Assembly: GCF_001194135.2 (NCBI RefSeq)
Contig: NC_068982.1
Location: 128,586,019 to 128,642,377 of the forward strand
Origin: Octopus bimaculoides
Taxonomy: Eukaryota
Reading direction: 5' to 3'
Length of the DNA: 56,359 bases
The notes beneath the pieces are model-generated. The model saw only the letters and a list, made by a program, of their open reading frames with translations. It made no database searches and was not told where the DNA came from. Shown in pieces: positions 37,975 to 51,041 of the stretch. Made by a program: the position numbers and the translations under genes. The first letter of the stretch is position 1. Every line of letters begins with the position of its first letter.

Positions 37975-38482
37975 AATTTTAAAGATGTTTATTCACTTGA
38001 CCGGTTTCACTTTTTAGAAGCTTTGTTGTGTTAAGTACTGATTATCACAAAAGTATCAAAATACAGATGTACAGTCTTTGATAATAATAAGAAAATGTTA
38101 AAAACAGTTTACAAGAAAGTATTTAAGAAAGTAATTAGAACGGGACTCCAAAAATTATTTTGAGTTCAATAAAAATCATGTTTGTTTGGTAGTATATATA
38201 TACACAGAAGGAGATATATTTAAGAATTTACAAAAAAATTGTAGAGGAATAACTGACCTGTCTTTCTGACTCCCGTTCTGATTACTTTCTAAAATACTTT
38301 CTTGTAAACTGTTTTTAACATTTTCTTATTATTATCAAAGAATGTATATCTGTATTCTAATACTTTTGTGATAACCAGTACTTAACACAACAAAGCTGCT
38401 CATACAAAGCTTTACATTTTACTTTTAACAATCTTTTTCTAAAAAAATGAAACCGATGAAGTTAATAAGCATCTTTAAAATT
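37975..38482. repeat. Imperfect long inverted repeat (arms about 37975-38145 and 38271-38482)
   Basis: Example: aaaacagtttacaagaaagtattt is the reverse complement of aaatactttcttgtaaactgtttt. Confidence 0.9.
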
Positions 38483-39256
38483 TTGAAAAGATATAGTTTG
38501 CTATAGGTTGGAGCTAACTATAGGTTGCTATAGGTTGGAGCTAACTCCAACCATAGCAATACTCTATATTTCTCTCAACAGAGTTAATAGAATTACATGG
38601 TTAAAATTTTAAAGGAAAAGGTGTGTTACATAAAAATCAAATGTTTGATTGGACCATTATCTTCGGGCATATGATATTAAACGCAATGAATAATAAAAAG
38701 TATATTACGACGTTATATACAATGTAAAGTTTTGGAAGAATCCATAATATGGAGAAAGACTAAATTAGAATCCTATAATCAAATTATTTTTGAAAAATTT
38801 AAACGTTGAAAGATATTTGTGTCTACAGGTAATTATAACATCAGAATTTTATTGAGTAAACTATTTTTGTTGTCTCGGATTATGTGGATTGCCTCCTTCA
38901 TGCATAAATCTCAATTCTTCGTGTGTGTATTATATGGTGTGGCTTCCCTTATTATAGACCAATTCATACTAAATTCTCTGTTGTTCATTTTTAATCTATG
39001 TGCATTCTATGAGTATCTTTTACTTTCTCCCCTCCGGGTTTTTCCCCTTTATTCAACAGTCATTCTAATAGCTCTTTTGTTTGTCTTAATAACAGTCATT
39101 TACATAGTAATTTCCCTTTGTTTAACAGTCATTTTCATAGCATTTTTGTTTGTCTTAATAACTGATAAGATGCCGGAGCAGATTTCCGCCCTGACATCCA
39201 AAACTCAGAGTTTTATTATGGCAACTGAATAACTGTCACATGTTATATATTTCGGA

Positions 39257-40092
39257 AGAGGTAGACTCAGGAAGACCTGGAATGAGGTGGTGAAGCATGA
39301 CCTTCGAACATTAGGCCTCACCGAGGTAATGACTAGTAACCGAGACCTTTGTAAATATGCAGTGTATGAGAAGACCCGGCAAGTCAAGTGAAACCATAGT
39401 CCGTGGCCTCTGCCAGGAGTGTAGCCAGCTCACTTATTCGGATCTTTACTTTATTGGACACTAAACTCTGCTTGTGAAGGCCTGTTGAGGCAAGTGAAAT
39501 CGAAATCGAACCAAATTCGATGACGGGCACCCATGTCAACCTCTTGTTCTTTGGACACTAAACTCTGCTTGCAAAGACCTGTTGGGGCAAGTGAAATCGA
39601 AATCGTAATTGAACCATATTCGATGACTGGAATCTGTGCCAGTGGAGCACTAACAACACTGTCCGAGCGTGACCATTGCCAGAGCAGCTGGCTGGCTTCC
39701 GTACTAGTGGCACGTAAATAGCACCATTTGGGTGTGATCGTTACCAGCGTTGCCTTACTGGCACTTGTGCCGGTGGTACGTTAGAAAATCATTCGAGCGA
39801 GGTCGTTGCCAGTGCCGCTGGACAGGCTCCTGGGCAGGTGGCACATTAAAAACACCATTTTAAGCGTGGCCATTGCCAGTACTGCATGACTGGCCCTCAT
39901 GCCGGTGGAATGTAAAAGCACCCACTACACTCTCGGAGTGGTTGGCATTAGGAAGGGCATCCAACCGTAGAAACTCTACCAGATCAGATTGGAGCCTGGT
40001 GCAGCCATCCGGTTCACCAGTCCTCACTCAAATCGTCCAACCCATACTAGCATGGAAAGCGGACATTAAACAATAATGATGATGATGATGAT
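39257..40092 (+). mobile_element. 5'-truncated RTE LINE: ORF C-terminus, repetitive 3' UTR and (GAT)n tail
   Basis: RGRLRKTWNEVVKHDLRTLGLTEVMTSNRDLCKYAVYEKTRQVK* at 39257-39391; the UTR has two ggacactaaactctgcttg units and several gccagt..gcacgtaaaagcacc units. Confidence 0.85.
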
Positions 40093-42480
40093 ATACACAT
40101 GTGTGTGTGTATGTGTGTTATATATATATATATGAAAAAAGAAAAAGAATGACTTCATTGTACCAAGGATCTCACACATTTTCCAATATATATATAACAT
40201 ATGCGTATTTGTATGTACATATGTTAACACTCAGAAATAGAGCTGTATTGTTTAATGTTTCACAGATGTAAAGTGCATGTCTGATAGATTGGACACTTAA
40301 TAAAAGCATTGATTTTATAAGGCTGACTGACATTGGATCATGAGTTTAAAGACCTCCTTATCTGCCAGTTCTTGATCAATTAGTTACATCTAATATCTTT
40401 GAGATGAGTGTCACCTGTTGCATGGGATGCAATTGTGTTACTGAGTAAAGAAGTAGTTTCCCCTGGCACCAGTAACAATTATATATATTTATATATTTAC
40501 ATATGTTTATATATTTGTTTTACAATATTCTTGATGTGAAATAGTGTGTTGGAACAAATATTGTTATACTTGGAGATGGTCATATTTTGCCTATTAAACA
40601 CACACACACTATATATTCATTGTTCACTTCAGCTCTTACACACACGCACACACACAGTTGTTAACCTATGCATAGATAAGGATACATACCACAGAAAAAC
40701 AAAATGTAATAAGCAGAACAAGAGGTGATACATGGGATAGAGAGTCATTGAAGAGGTCACAGAACATGTGATGAAAGAACTTTGACAAAGAAACTAAAAT
40801 GATAATAATAATAATAACAATAAAGCTGAAGTGAAGACCAAATATATGTGTTTAAGGCAAAATATGAACATCTCCAACTAAAGCAATATATTTATGTATA
40901 TACATATATGTGTGTACATACATTGATATGTACTTGCATTCAGGCAACTTTGTGCAAGGGAATATTAGATTAATAATAAACTTGCTTAATAAAGGATTTG
41001 TACATACATGCACACGTGCATGTGTGTGTGTGTAGGCATAGCTGCATGGTTAAAAGTTCACTTCCCAACCATTTGGTTTCTGCTTCAGTTACATCAAATT
41101 ATGTGGTATCTTGGTTGAGTGCTTTTATTATAGTCCCGGGTCAACCAAAGTTTTATGAGTTTTCTCCAGAAAAATATCTCTCAGTTTGTCATGTTTGCTC
41201 ATATTTTCCTTTCAGAGAATCACTATTTTCAGAATAGATTTCAGTATTTTTGTGTTGTGTCACTCAGTTTTCCTTTTCCATAATTTCTTATGACTCATTA
41301 TAAGTTCTTCAAAGCATTTGAAAGAATATATTTTATGATGCTCTTAAAGCTAAATCTTCTTGTACATCTACCATGTGCTAAATTTTTTTGTCATGCTCTT
41401 TAAACTCACCCATCCATACCAGCGTTTAAAGAGCTGTTGGTAGTTGAGATGGCACAGCCATTTTGGTACATGATGATTTATATATAAGACTTTTTGCATC
41501 AAATGTGTGTGGCATTAAGACAATTTGGCTCTGAGAAAATTTTGTTTATATTCTATGTAACAATTAACTTCTACTCATTACCACGGAATTACTTAACTAT
41601 AAGACTTTGTTTAGCTTTTTATTTAAGCTTTGTTTAAGAATATATTGGTTGATGAAGTATTGACGAAATGCAGAAATGAAAAATTAATCGATCATGGATT
41701 TTTCTACAAGCAAAGGCCAATACTGATTTTTAAATTTTGCCACTGAGAGCATAAGGAAAAAAAAAAATATGCAAAGCTACATATTTTAGGTACTGTCAAG
41801 TTCCTAGTGAGTATTATTCATAATTATCAAATTAAGACCAGAGTAGAGCTAGAGATTTAATATACTTTCCTTTTAATCATTAAGTTACCATTGAATATAT
41901 GTGACTGACAAAGCTCAATGAGGCAGAAATGCACATTTAGTATTCCCACTACTGCTACTGGATGATTTTCATCTGCTACTGATATATTTTTGAGTTATTT
42001 AACACAGTACATCCATAAGTGATATTGTCTTCAGAAAAGTACTCCCACTAATTTATTGTTTTGTAAATGTATTTGCATTAATTATGATATACAGATGGCT
42101 CTTTTCATTTTGTATTTATTTCATGTAAAAGGAGATTACTCTATTTTAGTTATTTAATTTTTAGTTTATCTTACTCTTTTCTGTGTGTGTATTTCTTTAT
42201 ATGTATTTACGAAAGGGATATGTTTGTGCCAATTGGCTTAATTTTCAATACATTTTAATACTTCTGTGTGTGTGTATGTGTGTGGATGTCTGACTTCAGC
42301 ACCAAGTCATTCATTGGCAAAAAGGCCATTACCAAAATAGGTTCATAATGCCAATATGTCTAAGTAGACAGGGCCCAATCTATTCCACTATACCAGCACA
42401 ATCTCTTCTCTTGACGACTGCAGTCAATTGCTCTCATAACACATTTTCCTCTTAGCTCATTTTTGGTATATCATTCATGC

Positions 42481-42562
42481 AAGAAATGATGTGAGCATGC
42501 TCTGCTAGATGGGAAATATCATTATATTTCCCATCTAGCAGAGCATGCTCACATCATTTCTT
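42481..42562. repeat. Perfect 39-bp inverted repeat with a 4-nt loop
   Basis: aagaaatgatgtgagcatgctctgctagatgggaaatat-catt-atatttcccatctagcagagcatgctcacatcatttctt. Confidence 0.97.
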
Positions 42563-45500
42563 TCCAGCCTCAAATATTCTCCACTTTCATTACCTAAGTT
42601 TTGTTGCCATGCAGCATTTTACTTTATATTCAATCAACATACAATCCACCCTTCACTCAGGGATAATCTTTTTGTTACCAACAAAGGTAATAGCTCCCTT
42701 CCTTTTTCCACCTGGTTCTTACTTGGGTTAAGATGCTCTTGGAATATTCACTGCCACAGCTAATTAAATCACCTAGATAATGAAAGTTATTGAGTACTAC
42801 TCATTATAAGTTCTTCAAAGCATTTGAAAGAATATATTTTATGATGCTCTTAAAGTTAACTCTTCTTGTACATCTACCATGTACTAAATTTCTTTGTCAG
42901 CTTGCCTCTGATCTCCCAGCATTTCTTGTATACCTTTACTTCACTTTGGGTACTAACTCCCTGTCTTTTTACCTGCAAACTAAAACATTTACCTTTAACA
43001 AATACACTTTCAGGCACCTTAATTCCAGGTTTTGGCTTCCTTCTTTGGAATTAATCTACGAAAACTAAGTCAGTTGACTATAGGATTTTTTTTATTGACT
43101 TCCAGTCATAAACACCTCAGTTGTATCCTGGAGGACCATAATAATCAGATCTGAATAGCATACATTCACATGTACTGTATTCTGCCAATCTTCACCTTCA
43201 AGGCTTAGCAATGAGTTCATGTGTGTGTGATCATTTTGTCTCTGCTTTCCATGGTGGCATCATCTGGATGCATCATCACAGTTTGAACACTTTTATTATT
43301 GTGAGCCACCACTCTCATATTTTGATGCTCATACATAACATTGGCCTGGCTTCTATGGATGAATTACCATTCTAATGTAAGTCACTGTACACACTGTACA
43401 GTTCTTATAGTACCAGCGCTAAAGATGTTGATAAGTTCTCTACAAGACAGAACTAATGAACCTTTGAACCCTATGCTGTCTCCATTCATTTGCCATCTGC
43501 TTTACAGTGTATACTGGATGTGTTTTTGTAGCACTAGTTCTAGGGTGGTTGTCAAGTCTTTGGTGAGACAGAAATAAATAATATAACTTTTGTTGATAGC
43601 AGACAGAATTTTAAAATATTTTCTTTTTTTTTGAGGTTGAATTTTCTTGCTATTATTTTTTCTCTTATTAGACCTAGATATTTCTTTCCTTGGCAGATAA
43701 GTTCATTCATTTGGCAAGAATCCTTGAGTCACCTAAATCTACATTTTTTTAACCTAATTTTACTACATTTTACAATTTTAAGAATATTTGTCACAGTTTA
43801 GACTCAATTATTTGTTTATTTAAATATTCTTGTAATATCTCAACACCCTCAATGTCATTCATAATCTTCACATACTTTCAATTAACAATGAATATCATAT
43901 TGAATGATAACAAATAAAGTTGGATTTAATACATGATCCTATGGGTTTAAGACTCTCAACTTCTGTTGAAGATGAGTATAATCTGTTAACAGAACTCTTT
44001 TCGTCCTCCAATGAAATATAACTAACTTGCTTATAAACATTCTTCTGTAAGTCTGAAACCTTAGGCTTTTATGACAATCTCTAGCAGAAGACTCAATCAA
44101 ATGTGTTGGTATACTCAGTATCTGTTATGTCCATTGAATGTTCTATATTAAGGATTTCCCCTTACAGCTTTATAGAGGTAAGGAAATTTGCCATGCAATC
44201 TGTCATAGAAAAGTTACCCGTTGTTCTGTAAACAAGTTATTACCAAACCAAATAACTAATATTTGTATTTCTAGTGCTAGACCTCAATATTCTACACAAA
44301 ACATATCTGACAAATAAATGCTCACTGAAGATTTAAATTCTGTACAATATTTCATGAATTTATTCATTGTACAGACATAGCAAATTCTGTAAACAATTTA
44401 TTGTCTTTATGAAAGCAAGAAGGTGATTTTCTGCAATAAGTATGTGTATTACAAGTCTAGGTCCAGTGATTTATCTGTGTGTAATATCTTCAGCTCATTA
44501 GAGACTTTTTTTTTTATTGTTGCAAAGTTGTCCTTTAAAATGTGGCATAAAAACCTCAGATCCTCCTTTTAATGATATTGCTGAAGGTACTTCTTTAGGT
44601 GCAGGCATAGCTGTATGGTTAAGAAGTTTAGTTCTCAATTACATGGCTTTTATGTTCAGTCCCACTGTATTGCACTTTAGTCAAGCAACCTTCTATTATA
44701 GCCTCTAGTGTACATGGTAGATGAAAACAGAAGGAATCTCATCATATATATGTATGTGTGTACGTGCATAGATGTGAGTATGTATTTATGTCTCCTTGTC
44801 TTGATATTGCACAATACCTGTAAGCAAGTGTCATTGTCACATAGGTAGTGTTCTTCATTTTTATTCTTTGATAAAAACATGTCTGACAATGTAGAAATAT
44901 TACTTTGCTTGAAAACATGTATGGGTTGGTGACAGGAATAGTCATAGAAAATGTACCCCAACAAATTTTGATCCATGAAAATATGGAAAAGTGAACATTA
45001 AAACAATGATAATGATGATGAAGTACTTCATTTTCTGCAGAATCTACTTTGGGTCCTTCAGTTATGTCAAGTACTGATCAAAATACTTCCACTTGTCTTC
45101 AGTTTAGATTCAACAAACAGTCAGAAGACTTAAGCAGCCCTTTTGCATATAAGATTAAATATGTCTCGAACCTTTATCTCAGTTATCTAGAGAGTATTGT
45201 AAACTGGATTTTAACTTCATCTTATAATTGGGGATTATTGAAAAGACTTGATTTTTTAAAGATACCTCAAGGATCCTATTATTACCAAAATATTTCCTTA
45301 ATGTTTCAGATTTGGTGATGTCCCAGTTCATAAATATGGTTCTGGATATGATAGGAAAGCACGTAGATGGAACAGTTTTTGACTGCTTTACAATTACTAT
45401 CAATGCTGTGTAGTTAAGAAGTTTGCTTCCCAACCACATTATTTTGGGTTCAGTCCCACTGTGCAGCACCTTGAACAAGTGTCTTTTTCTACAATTCCAT

Positions 45501-48500
45501 ATAATTGAATGATAACAACTAAAATTGTGTTTAATGCACAATCCCATGGGCTTCTGTTGAAGATGAGTATCAACTTTTAACAGAATCCTTTTGTCCTCCA
45601 AGGAAGAAGTTACCAGCACACTTATAAATGCTCTTCTGGAATTCTGTAGCAACTGAAAGAAACCTGTTGTAATGTGTGTTTGTGTTTGTGTCTCCTTGTC
45701 TTGACATTGCACAGCAGTAGTAAATGAGCAATGCAATCATACAGACAGTATATTTGTTTGTAATCTTGTGTGAAAGCATGTCCAGTCACCAGGAAATATT
45801 ACATGGAAACAAGTAAGGGTTAGTGATGGACAGGAAGAGCATTTGACTATAGAAAATTTGCTCAATGGATTCTGTCTCACCTATGCAAGCATAGAAAAGT
45901 GAATGTTTAAATGATGATGATGAAATTTTCAACTTGTTAAATATCAATCCAGTTCTAACAGTATAGACAGCTTCGAAATATTTTAATTAGTTTACAGAAC
46001 CATTTTCATTTGGAATATTTTGATGACATTAAATGACTGAGATTACAAACCATATTCGTCTTCAATGGTTACAATAAAATTTCAAGAGCCAGTGGCTCTC
46101 CCATCTAGGAGTAGGTAGCTTCAATAGCATCTTGATAAAGATGTTTATGCTTTGACAAAGCTAAAGCTAAGAATGGTTCCTTTATGTCTGGTACTCAATC
46201 CAGGTCAGCTCATATAGCATTCAAGCAAGGGTTGCCCACAAGGTATTGGTACAAAAGCTAAGATCACTGACCAATATATAGCTGACGAACAGTCATGGAG
46301 TAGACTGCTCGTGAAGGCAAGGTTCAAGCTTTGATAGTTCTGTGGAATAGGGTTATTTCTCTTTCTCATTAAGCTAGACATTGTTCTGGATGATGTAATT
46401 TTAAGAAGTACTCTTTCACATTTTTTGCATGGTACCACACCATATATTTTTTGACTACACTATGCAATAATTTCGTATCAGGTATTCTATTCATGGCCAA
46501 CCAGCTAATTGGTCAAGTATTTGTCAGGTATCACATCTCTACTCTTTTATTTCTCCTTGGAAATTGACCAGCCTGCTACCTGAAACTTTTCATCTAAAGT
46601 GTCACTTACCAATCTCCTACTGCCTAACAACAGCTATTTCCCTGCCACAACCAGTTGAAGTTTCATGTTCTCTTGTTGTTGCCCACAGAGACATTCATTC
46701 TCATCTCAATTGACTTCCTAATAATTTATTTTCCAGATTGTAGCTCAGAAGTGTTAATGCACAGTTATGGTGTTGATTGCAATATTTGCACCACATATAT
46801 GCTTGAAGTTGTTGTTTTTATCACTAATTCAAATACCAACACCTCACTAAGAATTTAGAAAATTATGTGCAGTGTGGAATCCTTGGTGGAATCCTAGATG
46901 TGTCAGCTAATAAAATTATATTCCTTCAGCTAACTGCAATATGGTTGGTTGCTTGTAACAGATAGCAGCGCATTTATGTTTTCAGTCACATACAGTTATA
47001 TTATCTTTAATTTATTGCCATCACTTTATGAATCTTTCTCTTCATTATCCAGTGTATTGTCACACCTTTTGTTTGTAGGTTCCATCTGCCGAAGAAAGGG
47101 GATTTTACCAGCAAACCAGAATAGTATATTAGGAAAGTTTTAAAGGTCCAAAACTTTATTTTTGATAAATCTCTACATCATCATTTCATTTCCCTTTAAC
47201 CAATTATGTTGTGTCTATTGAAATTTAATTTGTTTCAAAACAGATTCAGCTTTTGTGTTGAATTTCTACACAAATCCAAAGCTGCATATCTGTAAGATTT
47301 ATCTTTTCATTGAACTAATTTGCCTTCACTTTTACCTGCCCCTGGTTATATATCCCGTTGTCGCTCAAATACACTTCTTTTCATTGACAGTTACTACTTA
47401 GAACTATCAATATTTTTAACCTTAAATGCTAAATAGCAAGTGTAAATCATCCTTGATCTTGATGATCCATCTGGAAGTTTATTGACTTTAATTGTGATCC
47501 TTGGATGCTTAAATTAATGTGCATTATTTTTAGTGTCAAGTATTGCAACACTATTCATTGGAGACAAGGTGGATTCATAAAACTTTTTGCTTGGAACATA
47601 TTGCTGCATCATTCTCTTGACTGGTAAATTGCTGGTAAATGTTAGTATTCAGTTTCAGTATAATCTGATGATTCCATTGTGTACACTCAAAGATTGTATC
47701 AGTACTAACTTGCAAATACATCAATCTCTCTCTGTCTATTTACCTCACTTTCCACCAATCTGTTTATTTATGTTTATTGCTAACTTATTCATACACACAT
47801 AAGTATAGATCAATCTGTTCTATCACTTTCTATAGTATTTAAAGAACAATTTTGTTGCTACATCAAGAGTCTCTCTACACTGAGGTGGTGCACATACAAC
47901 CTCTCTTATTTCTAGGTAATGACTTACCTAGCAATGAAGCTGCTAAACCATGGAATAAATCTTAGTTTGTTTTTCTTTATAGCAGTAGAAAGTTTTGCTC
48001 ATTGCTAAGTTTTCTAAAAACTTTACAATTTATTAATTTTTACTTTTTACTAATAATACGAAATTATCAATAACTCAAACTGTTTAATTTTCTGATAGTA
48101 GTCTAATTATTATTTAAGGAAATTAGAGAGAATGGAATACATATTTTGACTCACATTCTCTCCTTATTGTTTCTTTTTGTGTGTCCACAAATATATAAAC
48201 TGTTTATCAGGTTGTTTCCTTATAATATCTTGTGTAACCTTGAGTCATATATTAATGTATTTTAAGTCTTTGCTCCAATAACATTAATTATCAGATAACT
48301 ACTTTCATATAATCTTTCAGCAGAAGAAAATCATTCATGGATATCTGTTATCAGATAATGTTTACCGTTCAGTTTCCATGGCTGTGTAATTAAGAAGCCC
48401 GCGTTGCAACCAAATGATTTTAAGTTCAATCATACTGCATAGCACCTTGGGCAGGTGTCTTCTACAAAAAACTCTGAGCCAATCAATGCCTTATGAATGA

Positions 48501-48544
48501 ATATAGTAGACATAAATGTGTGGAAGCCATTCTGTCTGTCTGAT

Positions 48545-48581
<37 letters not shown>

Positions 48582-50324
48582 TTGTGTTTGTCCCCATTCA
48601 CCCCCACTACATGATAACCAATGCTGGTTTCTTTATGTCCCTATAATTTAGTGGCTCAGCAAAAGGACTGATAGAATAAGTACCAGACTTGAAAAGAAGC
48701 ACTGAGATCGATTAGGTTGACTAAACCCTTCAAAGCAGTGCCCAATCATGGCCACAGTCCATTAGGTGAAACAAGTAAAAGATAAAAGATAATTAAATGT
48801 CATTTCCAAAACTGCTCCTTGATTACCCCAGTTTTTATGTGTTTTATATAATTCTTTGGAGACTAATTCATTTTTTATGAACAACAGAAACTTCATAACT
48901 GTCAAACTAGTCAGGTCATTTTAAACATTATTAAATATATATACATGCACTTGTATATACACATTCATATATGTGTGGATACATATATGTATATATTAAT
49001 GAGTGTATGTGGGTGTATGAGTATACATATGAGTATATTGTCTCACAATTGCAATCAACTGACCTTATTGGAGTTATCTCCCTTGCTTCTCGTGTTTAGA
49101 TTTTTAAACTTTCCTAGAGGGATTTGTTTGTCTTTTCATTGGAATTGCACAGACTCTCTGTTGATTGAAGATTTTTCAACTCACTGTATTACATACGTGA
49201 GACATTACTGTATTTGCATTCAGCATACAGAGAACTCCAATCAGGTATTTGTCCTCAGCCATATTGTTAATTTTATTGATTATTTAGAATATGCTCTAGT
49301 TGGTCTGTACAGTCAGACACAAAACACTTAACTATTATGTTGTTGTAAATAGTTCATTCATTTATGTAATACAGACATTCAGTTTTCATCCTTTTGCTAT
49401 CATGTTCCTGTTAAAATACACTGGCTTTGTTTCAATTTGGTCTTAAAAATAATGAAGAATTTATAATTGAATTTGTGTCTGGAGCATAAATAAACATGAA
49501 ATTTTGAGGGCAGATTTTAATTTAGATCATTTTAAATGGGAAGTTTATATCATAGAACCAAGGGAATCTTGGACAGTTTGGTATCAGAAGGGTTAAATCA
49601 ACAATTTTATGGTTGCAATAGTAACCAAAATGTTGCCACCCAATAGTTCAAGCAATGTTTATATCCCACAGCTCTAGAAAATCTGTTAACTTATATCACA
49701 GAAAGGAAAACAAGATGTATGAGGCATCAGAATTAGCAAAAGATTTAAAAAGAAAAAAAAACGCTTGAAGCAAAAAATCTAATAATTGTTTTCAGGTCAA
49801 GGTATAGCTTTGTCTATAAATAACCAAACATTTGAATTATTCACTTGATCACATTTATAATAAAGATGATTATATTGCAGGATAAAATCTTTTCTCAATA
49901 AAAGTAAGTTACCAGCAGTCAGATGTATGAAATAAAATGAAATGAAATGACATGAAAAGAAATGAAACTGGTAGTTTTCTACTGCAATTTGAAAATTTCT
50001 GAAAAGATAAGCTATAGTTAGATTTCTCTGACAATGAAGTGATGGAATTTCTAAGAATAAATTAAAATATATAGTTAATTTATTATACTTGTTAATTTAT
50101 TATATGAAAGCATTTTTTTTAATTATCAAGACATGTTAATTACATGACAAGTTTCTAATTATATGTAGCTTTAATAAGGTGCAACTAATACTAAGCTGAT
50201 AGTTTTTTTAAATCTAGAGATGACACTAAGTAAAAGGAAATAAATGTTGAGAAGAAGACAGTAAATGTTGAGAAGAAGACAGTAAATGTGATCAATTAGT
50301 GAGAAAATGTGACGCGCTGTTGAG

Positions 50325-50370
50325 ACTCAGCTAAGCGCAGTGAAGAAAGAGAACAAATATTTATATGGGG
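50325..50370 (-). promoter_or_regulatory. Candidate TATA/initiator promoter facing the kinase gene
   Basis: Minus-strand TATAAATA at 50365-50358, initiator-like TCACT/TTAGC about 24-33 nt downstream, local CpGs in an otherwise very AT-rich context. Confidence 0.3.
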
Positions 50371-51041
50371 GAAATTATATTTTTATTTACATAACCAGAT
50401 TACAGGCAACTAAAAGATTGTAGGTAAGTAGAAAGGGAGAACACATGACAAATCTCAAAAAAAAAAAAAAAGTAGGGAACCATAATCTTTTGTAATATGG
50501 AAAGAAACAATAAATAAATAAATAAATAATAAAAAAATAAAACTTTTTGAAGAAACTGAGGCACTGCAAATAGAGAATTTTTTAAAAATATTTTTTTCTA
50601 TATGTTTGACCAGATTTACTTTTTGTTTTTTGTTTTTTTAATAAAATCTAGATAATTACAATTTAAATAATTTCTTTCATTACAACCAGTTAATTTCATA
50701 AAAGATCACTGAAGCATTTTCAATGAATATAACTAACTGAAAGTATNNNNNNNNNNNNNNNNNNNNNNNNNNNNNNNNNNNNNNNNTGTGTGTGTGTGTG
50801 TGTGTAAAGAAATAACAATTTCAGTTCAAAAAACCCCCAAAAAAAAATTCAATTTTGACATCGAAAATATTTCGTTTTTAGATATTTTGCTGACAATTTG
50901 GTAAGTTTTAAATGTTAGCTCAGTTTATTTAGGTTCTATTCCATATTACATAAGATTATAGGGGAAGACGAAAAATATTTAAAAATCACAGTTTGTTCAA
51001 AGGTATTGGGAATCTTTAGAGGAGCAGAAAGTGGGAAGAAG

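Noticed and set aside
37999-38008. Minus-strand GAAACCGGTC hammerhead-like stem III motif
   Set aside because: I found no upstream CUGANGA core or stem I, and the mirrored arm lacks the motif.
39430-39950. Spaced repeats superficially like a CRISPR array
   Set aside because: The units are degenerate with related spacers, lie in a LINE 3' UTR of a eukaryote, and have no cas genes.
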